64,000 nucleotides of DNA from a virus. The DNA is taken from the IMG/VR virus record IMGVR_UViG_3300009128_000002, one strand, 5' to 3'. The notes under the pieces were generated by a model that had not been told where the DNA came from, made no database searches, and saw only the letters and a list, made by a program, of their open reading frames with translations. Made by a program: the position numbers and the translations under genes. Position 1 is the stretch's first letter; each line of letters starts with the position of its first letter. This document shows, piece after piece, positions 38,242-46,088 of the stretch.

Positions 38242-38855
38242 AGTATGGTATAGTATGTGCAATGAAGGAGGAAGTTTGTAAAATAGTAACCTCGTTGCAC
38301 CTTAAAAAAGAAGTTGTTTATGGTGGACAACAAATATGGACAAATAAGAATAAGAACATTATTTTAATACATTCTGATATAGGTAAAGTGTTGTCTGCAC
38401 AGGCAACAACAACACTTATTTACTCATATAATGTAGATGCTGTTATTAATATTGGTATTGCAGGTGGAATAAAAGAGGTTGAACCTGGCTCTGCATTTGT
38501 AATCAATAAAGTAAGACAGTGGGATACTTTTGTACCATTTGAAGAATATCAAGATGTGTTGTATAATAAAGTAGAATGTTCTGTACCAACATACTTGGAT
38601 GTTGAAGTTAAGAGTTTAATAACTGGTGATACATTTGCAACAGAAACACCAAACACAACGTATGATCTTATTGATATGGAAGGTTTCGCAGTTGCGAAAG
38701 TATGTGAAAGTTTTAATATTAACACAATTATAATCAAAGGGGTTAGTGATAATGTTGATGGGGTCAGTGTCGATGTTATGTTTGATAACTTGAATATTGC
38801 AATGGATAACTCTATTGACATTTTGAAGGATATACTTAAACCGAATTTATTATAA
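38238..38855 (+). CDS. mtnN: MTA/SAH nucleosidase-like protein
   Basis: GIVCAMKEE, IGKV, INIGIAGG, TGDTF, DMEG and KGVSD motifs. Confidence 0.8.
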   Translation: MKYGIVCAMKEEVCKIVTSLHLKKEVVYGGQQIWTNKNKNIILIHSDIGKVLSAQATTTLIYSYNVDAVINIGIAGGIKEVEPGSAFVINKVRQWDTFVPFEEYQDVLYNKVECSVPTYLDVEVKSLITGDTFATETPNTTYDLIDMEGFAVAKVCESFNINTIIIKGVSDNVDGVSVDVMFDNLNIAMDNSIDILKDILKPNLL

Positions 38856-38858
38856 ATA
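38851..38858 (+). promoter_or_regulatory. Late promoter heading the internal-protein cluster
   Basis: Exact TATAAATA. Confidence 0.75.
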
Positions 38859-38890
38859 GTGTTATTAGATATTTTTTACGGTGTGTAAAA

Positions 38891-40114
38891 ATGAAAAGTT
38901 TCAAAACCTATTTACAAGAAAAGGCAGTCCCTCTAACACATTTAGAGCACGTAGAGGATGCTATCTTTGATTTTGGTAAATCAGGAGCAGAATCTGCCCT
39001 TAAAATTTTAGATGATGTTACACATTCTTTAGAAGGACACTCTAAACGTGCAGTAAATATTCAGGCAAAGGTTGATGGAGCACCAGCTGTGGTTGCTGGT
39101 ATTGACCCAGAAAACGGTAAGTTTTTTGTAGGTACTAAATCATTATTCAATAAAACACCAAAAATCAATTACACAGACGCAGATATTGATAAGAACCATT
39201 CAGGTGGTCTTGCCACCAAATTAAAAGACGCTTTAAAACATTTCCCTAAAATTATAAAAAAAGGTATATATCAAGGTGATTTTATGTTTTCACCAGAAGA
39301 CCTTAAAAAAGAAAAGATTGATGGTGAAACATACACTACATTTACCCCCAACACAATTACATATGCAGTACCTACAGGTGGTGATTTAGAAAGTAAAATA
39401 ACTTCATCTAAAGTTGGTGTTATTTGGCATACCACATACACTGGTGATGCAATCAGTAATTTAAAGGCACAGTTTAAAATTAATCTAAAAGCATTTACAC
39501 AACATAAAGATGTTTGGTTTACTGACACAAACTTTAGGGATGTTTCTGGTTCTGCTACATTAACCACTACTGAATATAAGACAATTCAGACAAAACTAAA
39601 ACACGCACATAAAGAGTTGAAATTATTAAATGATAAAGATATGAGTATATTATTTGGTAAGACTGAAGTGTCAAAGATGGTTAAGATTTATATAAATGCA
39701 CAAGTTAGACGTGGTGAAAGGTTTACTAATAAACAGAAATCTGTTGGTACATTCATTGACTTTATCCGTGCAGATTATGAAAAGAAAATTGCTAAATTAA
39801 AGAGCGAAAAGGGTAAAGAGAAGAAGAAAAAACAATTAGAAGATGTTATTAAAGATTTCCGTAAATCTGCTGGTACATTCTCACATACATTACAATGGCA
39901 CGATGATGTTATTGATATTAAAATGTTAATTGTTAAGAAATTAGAAACAGTCAATCAAATACCTGCATTTATTAAGACTGATACTGGTTATAAGACTACA
40001 GGACCAGAGGGTTTTGTTGCTATTGATACATTATCAAACAGTGCAGTTAAATTAGTTAATAGATTGGAGTTTAGTAAAAATAACTTCAATGCAGTAAAAC
40101 AATGGGTGAAATAA
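38891..40114 (+). CDS. Conserved T4-like protein (DUF6267-like) with ligase-type nucleotidyltransferase motifs and a capsid-targeting-like leader
   Basis: MKSFKTYLQE; HLEHVED, KVDGAPA, YQGDFMF, PNTITY, GPEGFV and KLVNRLEFS motifs. Confidence 0.7.
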   Translation: MKSFKTYLQEKAVPLTHLEHVEDAIFDFGKSGAESALKILDDVTHSLEGHSKRAVNIQAKVDGAPAVVAGIDPENGKFFVGTKSLFNKTPKINYTDADIDKNHSGGLATKLKDALKHFPKIIKKGIYQGDFMFSPEDLKKEKIDGETYTTFTPNTITYAVPTGGDLESKITSSKVGVIWHTTYTGDAISNLKAQFKINLKAFTQHKDVWFTDTNFRDVSGSATLTTTEYKTIQTKLKHAHKELKLLNDKDMSILFGKTEVSKMVKIYINAQVRRGERFTNKQKSVGTFIDFIRADYEKKIAKLKSEKGKEKKKKQLEDVIKDFRKSAGTFSHTLQWHDDVIDIKMLIVKKLETVNQIPAFIKTDTGYKTTGPEGFVAIDTLSNSAVKLVNRLEFSKNNFNAVKQWVK

Positions 40115-40116
40115 AT

Positions 40117-41001
40117 ATGAAAAAATTTAATGAGTTTATTACTGAAAAGGCACGTACAAAATCATCAAGTGATGTTTTGACATTAGCCGCTGATAAAAGT
40201 AAAACCGAAGAATTAAGAGAGTTAATTAACGCAAAACATAAAATAACTAAAGACGTTGGTAAAATTTCAGCAACTACACCTGAAAAGTTTGTTACTGAAT
40301 TTAATAAGGCACTTACTAAAAATAAAGCTATTTTTACAAAGATATTTAATGATGTGCCTAAAGGGGTTGGTCCTGGCGAAGTTTTACTTGCTTACTTATC
40401 TGATAACGTAACTATTGGTGGTGGACGTTCAAACTTTGATGTTGAATTAGGTACACATAAAATTGAAGTTAAGGCAACAAAAGTAGATAAGAATTTGTTT
40501 GCATATAATTTTAGATTAGGTGTTGACAGTCGTGGTGCATTAATTAATACATTAAAAGAAATTAAGGCTTTATATAAGGTTGCAAAATTCTATATAGATG
40601 AAATTAACAATGATGAAATGTTATCAAAAATCGACCGTGGTGAAATGACATCACTTAAAAAGCATTTAAAAGGGTTCGATCCTTCAGTTGCTGCTGGTTA
40701 TGAAAAACTAGATATTAATGTTTTTAAAAACCAAAAAGTTATTTTCCAAGGTAAAACTATTGGTAAACTAACTGATAAGGATATACTTAGTAAATTAAAG
40801 ACGTTAGCGACTACAGAATACACAAAGATAAAAGGATATGATGAAATAGAAACTGGTTTAGAAGCAAAACTATCTGCACATAAAATGAAATATTTCTTTT
40901 TCAACATAGACACATTAGAATTATACTATAAACCAAAACTATCTGGATCAGTTATTGATACTATTACTGGTGGTTCAATTAAGGTAAGGGTGCCATTATG
41001 A
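40117..41001 (+). CDS. Putative PD-(D/E)xK nuclease-like internal protein
   Basis: MKKFNEFITE leader; GPGEVLL...FDVELGTHKIEVKA. Confidence 0.55.
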   Translation: MKKFNEFITEKARTKSSSDVLTLAADKSKTEELRELINAKHKITKDVGKISATTPEKFVTEFNKALTKNKAIFTKIFNDVPKGVGPGEVLLAYLSDNVTIGGGRSNFDVELGTHKIEVKATKVDKNLFAYNFRLGVDSRGALINTLKEIKALYKVAKFYIDEINNDEMLSKIDRGEMTSLKKHLKGFDPSVAAGYEKLDINVFKNQKVIFQGKTIGKLTDKDILSKLKTLATTEYTKIKGYDEIETGLEAKLSAHKMKYFFFNIDTLELYYKPKLSGSVIDTITGGSIKVRVPL

Positions 41002-41597
41002 AAACATTCAAACAACATATAAAAGAAGAATCGCTATCTTCATTAGAAAAAAAGAAAGTTCAACTATTTTTGAAAGCGATGAAAATGGTTTCAAATTCAC
41101 CTAATCAAATGGAAGTTCGTAAGGAACTTGACGATGTGTGGAAGAAAATCAAAGCAATGAAAGAAGGGGTTGAACTTAATGAAATGGAATTTACTTCTAA
41201 ACAACTTGCACAACTAAAGAAAGATTATGCAGGAATTAAGAAAATCGACCCATCAAGTGATACATATAAAAAGATGAGAGCAATGATTGATTCTTTACCT
41301 AAAGAAGCATTACAATCATTAGTTAATGCTAAAATCAACTTCATTTCAATATTAGCAAATAACTCATTAAGGAAACTTAAAGAAGAATATGTTACCGAAG
41401 GACTATCTCCACAAAAGGATATGGAAAATAAGTTGGACAGACTTATTGACGCAGACAACGTAAAGGCTGCTATTGAGTGGAGTAAGTATGTTGATAAATT
41501 AGGTCCAAAGTTCGTAAACCCAAGTAATGCTAGATGGACTGCAGAACACGTTAAAGTGATGGATAAACTTATTAAGAAGTATAGAATTAAACAATAA
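40998..41597 (+). CDS. Modular basic internal (head) protein
   Basis: MKTFKQHIKEE leader; EGVELNE and EEYVTE linkers. Confidence 0.6.
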   Translation: MKTFKQHIKEESLSSLEKKKVQLFLKAMKMVSNSPNQMEVRKELDDVWKKIKAMKEGVELNEMEFTSKQLAQLKKDYAGIKKIDPSSDTYKKMRAMIDSLPKEALQSLVNAKINFISILANNSLRKLKEEYVTEGLSPQKDMENKLDRLIDADNVKAAIEWSKYVDKLGPKFVNPSNARWTAEHVKVMDKLIKKYRIKQ

Positions 41598-41598
41598 T

Positions 41599-42603
41599 AT
41601 GAAATCATTTGCACAATTTGATAAGGATTATGAATACAATTTATTTGTAGAAGCCCTTACACATTATGAAAATGGTACTAACCTTAATGAACTTGCTATG
41701 CCTAGTTTTATTAAGAAAAAGGTAGAGTTTGTTAAAAACGTTGCCGTTATTCTTAAAAAGAACTTTAATGATATGGTTAATTTCTTTAAGGAAAAGGTTG
41801 TATTTCAATTCTTCAAGGCAATAAAATGGTCTTTTGATAGAATCTTTAAGATCATGAAAGCTGGTTGGAAAGCATTTAAAACGGTTCAAAAAGTTATATT
41901 TGATTATATGTCAAATACAGTTGTTGGTAAATGGACTACTAAAGAATTAGCAAAGTTGGATGAGTATCTAAAGACACACAAAAAAACCAAACGTATGGGT
42001 GGTGTGGTTGTATCGGGTATGTTAATATATATTTGGTTCAATATGACATTCACTGGTGATGTTGGTTATGACTTTGATATGGGTGATATTCTTTCTGCAC
42101 TTGCTGGTAAGTTCTCGTTGGCAACTATCTTCGGTGGTCCTGAAGGTGCTAAGTTATTGACGTTATTCATCACTGGTGTTATTGGATTATCGTTCCCATG
42201 GCCTGGACCATCATCTGTTCAGTTTATTGGTGCAATTGTATTGGGTATTGGTAATAAAGTAAAAGCAAAATTTAATCCATTAAAAGAAGCAATAAAACGT
42301 GACGATAGTCAATCTGGTATAAAAGGTTTTAAAAATCAAGGTACTGCATCTAAAGCGGGTAAAGTTGCTGGTAAGAATAAGAGTGATGATGCAATGCGTA
42401 AGCATAATGATGCTATGATTGATGCCGCTTTAAAACAAGATAAGAAAGCATTTGATAAATCAGCAAAAACAGTGGCAAAATTATTTCATAAAATGTACGG
42501 ACAAACTATGAAAATCCAAACAATGTGGAGTGTTAAGAAGGCAAAGGCAATGAAGGACGGTTCGTTCTGGAAGATGCCGATATCACAAAGGAGTAAGTTA
42601 TAA
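41599..42603 (+). CDS. Putative internal protein with a hydrophobic central region
   Basis: MKSFAQF leader; Gly-rich hydrophobic helices; basic C-terminal module after LKEA. Confidence 0.6.
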   Translation: MKSFAQFDKDYEYNLFVEALTHYENGTNLNELAMPSFIKKKVEFVKNVAVILKKNFNDMVNFFKEKVVFQFFKAIKWSFDRIFKIMKAGWKAFKTVQKVIFDYMSNTVVGKWTTKELAKLDEYLKTHKKTKRMGGVVVSGMLIYIWFNMTFTGDVGYDFDMGDILSALAGKFSLATIFGGPEGAKLLTLFITGVIGLSFPWPGPSSVQFIGAIVLGIGNKVKAKFNPLKEAIKRDDSQSGIKGFKNQGTASKAGKVAGKNKSDDAMRKHNDAMIDAALKQDKKAFDKSAKTVAKLFHKMYGQTMKIQTMWSVKKAKAMKDGSFWKMPISQRSKL

Positions 42604-43901
42604 TGTTAACATTTAAACAACATTTAGAAGAAGCAAAGAATAAACCAGTCGTGTTTACGTTTGGTAGATTTAATCCTATAACTAAAGGACACGGTGAGTT
42701 GATTGACTTCGTTGTTAAGAAATCAAAAGGTGGTATTGGAATGGTGTTTACCTCACAATCCAATGAGCCTAAAAAGAACCCATTAGATTATAATACAAAA
42801 ACTAAGTGGTTAAAGAAGTTTTTCCCTAAAGCAACTATCGTTAAGAATACTACATTAAAAACACCATTTCAAATATTAAAATGGTTATCTGACCAAGGTT
42901 ATAAAGACGTAACTATGGTTGTAGGTAGTGATAGGGCAGATGAATTTGAAAAGAGTATGCGACCTTATATAAACCACGAAGATCCAAAGAAATCATATAA
43001 CTTTGATAAATTTGAAGTGATTAGTTCTGGTAATCGTAAAGCTGGCGTATCTGGTACTGATATGCGAAACCACGTTAAGAATGGTGATATGAAATCATTT
43101 ATGAAAGGACTTCCTAAATCTGCTTCTAAACAAGATGGTGAGAAATTCTTCAATGATGTTAAGTCTGGTATGGGTATCAATGAATATCTTGAAATGGGTA
43201 CTGACGAAACTACTAAAGAATACAAGAAAAACACTCCAGGCGAATTAGACGAAGGAACATTGAAAGATATGTTCAAAGCAATCATTGGTAAGAAAACGAT
43301 GCATACCTTCAACCGTGCTGTACACGAAAAGAAGTATAAACAGGCATTGAAGATTTACCATAAAATGGTTAAGAACTACAACAAAAATCCTCAAGCACAA
43401 CAATCATCAGGTGTTATTATCGCCAATCCTAAAGGACTTGCTTTATCAAAAGCGGCACAAATGGTTGGTATTAGTGTTAAAGAATTAAAGAAAGTTCTTG
43501 ATAGAAAAACACGTTATGAAAGTTTCGAACAATTTGACGAGCAAATCACTAAAGCAAACTTAAACGATGTTGAACGTTTTGCTGACAAAATCTTTGCTAA
43601 AGTTGGTATTGATATTGAATTTACTCGTCATTTCCTTGATAGGGTGAACGATAAACGTAACGGTAAAGAAATTAGTGTTGCTGAATTGACACGTCTATTC
43701 AAACAAACATATAAGAAACATGGTAAGAAAATTGCTAAGATGGGTGACGATGCTCAAGCAGTATTGAATGATTTACAAACAGATATAAATATGCCATTTG
43801 TATTAAAATACGATCCAGATATGGATGAGTTTGATTTGGTTGCTAAAACTGTGATGAGGAAGAAAGACTTCAAAACAAGCAATCAAAAATTGAAAGTATA
43901 A
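42603..43901 (+). CDS. HIGH-superfamily (cytidylyltransferase-like) nucleotidyltransferase with appended modules
   Basis: MLTFKQHLEE leader; FTFGRFNPITKGH, KNPL, VVGSDR and SGTxMR motifs; C-terminal FTRHFLDRV module. Confidence 0.8.
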   Translation: MLTFKQHLEEAKNKPVVFTFGRFNPITKGHGELIDFVVKKSKGGIGMVFTSQSNEPKKNPLDYNTKTKWLKKFFPKATIVKNTTLKTPFQILKWLSDQGYKDVTMVVGSDRADEFEKSMRPYINHEDPKKSYNFDKFEVISSGNRKAGVSGTDMRNHVKNGDMKSFMKGLPKSASKQDGEKFFNDVKSGMGINEYLEMGTDETTKEYKKNTPGELDEGTLKDMFKAIIGKKTMHTFNRAVHEKKYKQALKIYHKMVKNYNKNPQAQQSSGVIIANPKGLALSKAAQMVGISVKELKKVLDRKTRYESFEQFDEQITKANLNDVERFADKIFAKVGIDIEFTRHFLDRVNDKRNGKEISVAELTRLFKQTYKKHGKKIAKMGDDAQAVLNDLQTDINMPFVLKYDPDMDEFDLVAKTVMRKKDFKTSNQKLKV

Positions 43902-43905
43902 TTAT

Positions 43906-43913
43906 TATAAATA
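43906..43913 (+). promoter_or_regulatory. Late promoter TATAAATA
   Basis: Exact consensus inside the cluster. Confidence 0.7.
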
Positions 43914-43935
43914 TTGGTATATTTGGAGAAAAGAA

Positions 43936-44184
43936 ATGAATTTAGAAGAAGCTTATAAAGAAATGCAAACAGTCCAATTGTATGAGAGGAAATTCGATGC
44001 TAAGAAGGCAGAGCAAACATTGAGAGATATACTAAAAGTGTATGCTCAAGTTAAGTCTGTTGGACTGGATAAAAACATATATAAACGTTGGGATGGTATG
44101 TGGTATACAACATATACTACTTGGTTTTCATCTAGCGATATGGAAAAGATGGGTTTACCAACAATGTTGAGGATTGGAAAATAA
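43936..44184 (+). CDS. Small putative internal protein
   Basis: MNLEEAYKEM...LYE leader; GGAG RBS. Confidence 0.55.
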   Translation: MNLEEAYKEMQTVQLYERKFDAKKAEQTLRDILKVYAQVKSVGLDKNIYKRWDGMWYTTYTTWFSSSDMEKMGLPTMLRIGK

Positions 44185-44185
44185 T

Positions 44186-45148
44186 ATGAAATCATTTAAA
44201 CAACATTTACAAGAAGAGAAACTATTCGAGGAATACCTTGAAGAAAAACTAATTATGCTTTCTCAAGGTAAGAAGTATGGACAAATTGTATTTCTTGCAG
44301 GTGGTGCTGGTTCTGGTAAAGGATTCGCTTCAACTAATTTTATGCAGAAAGAGTTATTCAAAGTGCGTGATGTTGATGAATGGAAGAAAACGTTTATGGA
44401 TATTGCTGATATTATAGACAACCCAGCAAGATATGCTAAAATGAAAAAGGCAGGTACTGAAATTCCAAAAGGCGAATATGAAGAAATTAAAGGTTTGGAT
44501 TTAAAAAATCCTAAACACGTTGAAAAGTTACATTTCTTTATTAAGAAATTAGGTCTTAAAAACAAGACACTTGATTTGATGCTTAGTCAAATGAAAAACA
44601 AAGAAACGTTACCAAATATTATGTTTGATATTACTGCTAAAGATTCAAAGGATATTGGACAATTTTTACCACGTTTATTACAGGCGGGATATAACCCTGC
44701 AAATATTCATTTAGTATGGGTATTAACTGATTATAAAATTGCTATTAAACAAAATGCTGGTAGAGAACGTGTTGTGCCTGATGATATTATGTTAGCAACA
44801 CATAAAGGTGCTTCTGAAACAGTTTACAAATATGTTACTGGACAAGGTAAGAAGATGCAGATTAATGGCGAAATTCACGTTATTTTAAATAATCAACAAA
44901 ATACAATATTTTTCGAACCATCTGGTGCTGATAGAACTTCTAATATGAAGAAGTATGATAATAAAACCAATAAGTTTAAAAAGAAAACTAATGGTTTAGT
45001 TGTTAAAGATTTTAAATATTTGACATTGAAAAAACGTGGTAAACCAATTTCAAAAGAAGCAGAAGTACAAAAACAATTATATAGTTGGGTTGTTGATAAT
45101 ATACCAAAGAGTGATTTCCAAAAGGCATTAAAGGATATTAATAAATAA
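44186..45148 (+). CDS. P-loop kinase (zeta-toxin/AAA_33-like) with capsid-targeting-like leader
   Basis: MKSFKQHLQEE; FLAGGAGSGKG, DVDE, FDIT and NxxRxRxVP motifs. Confidence 0.75.
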   Translation: MKSFKQHLQEEKLFEEYLEEKLIMLSQGKKYGQIVFLAGGAGSGKGFASTNFMQKELFKVRDVDEWKKTFMDIADIIDNPARYAKMKKAGTEIPKGEYEEIKGLDLKNPKHVEKLHFFIKKLGLKNKTLDLMLSQMKNKETLPNIMFDITAKDSKDIGQFLPRLLQAGYNPANIHLVWVLTDYKIAIKQNAGRERVVPDDIMLATHKGASETVYKYVTGQGKKMQINGEIHVILNNQQNTIFFEPSGADRTSNMKKYDNKTNKFKKKTNGLVVKDFKYLTLKKRGKPISKEAEVQKQLYSWVVDNIPKSDFQKALKDINK

Positions 45149-45149
45149 A

Positions 45150-45359
45150 ATGTGTCCGATTTGTTGGACATTAGCGGTATTAACCTTTTTAGGTTTTGGT
45201 AGTGCTTCGATAACATTGTTTGTTCAATCAAACGGTTGGTTGTCGTTTGGTTTAATGGTGTTTACGTCAATAACGTTTTGGGTTTTGACGTATAAATTAG
45301 TAATGAGTAAATGCGAAAAGGGTGGTAAAAAATGCGAGTGTGGGAAACCGAAGAAGTAA
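45150..45359 (+). CDS. Small 2-TM protein with N-terminal CPxC
   Basis: MCPICW followed by two hydrophobic helices. Confidence 0.5.
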   Translation: MCPICWTLAVLTFLGFGSASITLFVQSNGWLSFGLMVFTSITFWVLTYKLVMSKCEKGGKKCECGKPKK

Positions 45360-45667
45360 TAGAAATATTAGAGCAGGGTCCAGTAAGATTAAAGTTAAAA
45401 TTTACTAATGGTGAATTAAGACAGTTTACTCGTGATATGGGTACTGCAGACACTTGCCATTGTGATGAAGGACATAAGTCTTGTGGTTTTATATCAGAAT
45501 TAGAGTGGACTGATAGGTTACTCTGGTGGGATAAAGATGGACGAATTGCTGTATGGGATATTGGTACACACGAATTTACCAACATTCTGGCAGAAGATAT
45601 AGATGTAATTATTGGACATGGTGAAGATGAAGGTAAACCCTCATGTTGCTGTAGTAAGGAGAACTAA
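45332..45667 (+). CDS. WYL-like/SH3 beta-barrel protein (paralogue A)
   Basis: LEQGPVRL...NGELRQFTR...IAVWDI pattern shared with the 45670 and 54959 ORFs. Confidence 0.5.
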   Translation: MRVWETEEVIEILEQGPVRLKLKFTNGELRQFTRDMGTADTCHCDEGHKSCGFISELEWTDRLLWWDKDGRIAVWDIGTHEFTNILAEDIDVIIGHGEDEGKPSCCCSKEN

Positions 45668-45669
45668 GA

Positions 45670-45936
45670 ATGACAAAGACTGAATTATTAAAACATTTGA
45701 AAGAAGGTGTTGTTAGAGCAAGAATTGATGGTGAAGTGCGCCAATTTACACGTAATGCCAGTAAGACTGGACTTATGGAAGATGGTGACCTTAATGTACT
45801 AACTGATGCTAAAATTAAAGAAGCAGATTCTGGTGCTACTATTGGTGTTTATGAATTAGGTATTGGTAAATTAACTACAATTACTAATAAGGAAATGAAT
45901 GATATTATTGGTACAATTAATTTAGAATGTCTGTAA
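45670..45936 (+). CDS. WYL-like/SH3 beta-barrel protein (paralogue B)
   Basis: LKEGVVR...DGEVRQFTR...IGVYEL pattern. Confidence 0.5.
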   Translation: MTKTELLKHLKEGVVRARIDGEVRQFTRNASKTGLMEDGDLNVLTDAKIKEADSGATIGVYELGIGKLTTITNKEMNDIIGTINLECL

Positions 45937-46088
45937 CACCGACAAAGGAAGAAAAGAAAAGAATTATGGACAAAGTTCCTACTAGAACGATGTCTTATAA
46001 ACAATGGGGTGAAGTTCTAGGTTGGACTCACTCAGAAGCAAAACAAGGAATTAAAGATGAAGACATTCAATCAACTAAGAGAAGCTAA
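45927..46088 (+). CDS. Small hypothetical protein (53 aa; not in the ORF track)
   Basis: Own translation MSVTPTKEEKKRIMDKVP...; fills the gap between neighbours. Confidence 0.35.
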   Translation: MSVTPTKEEKKRIMDKVPTRTMSYKQWGEVLGWTHSEAKQGIKDEDIQSTKRS

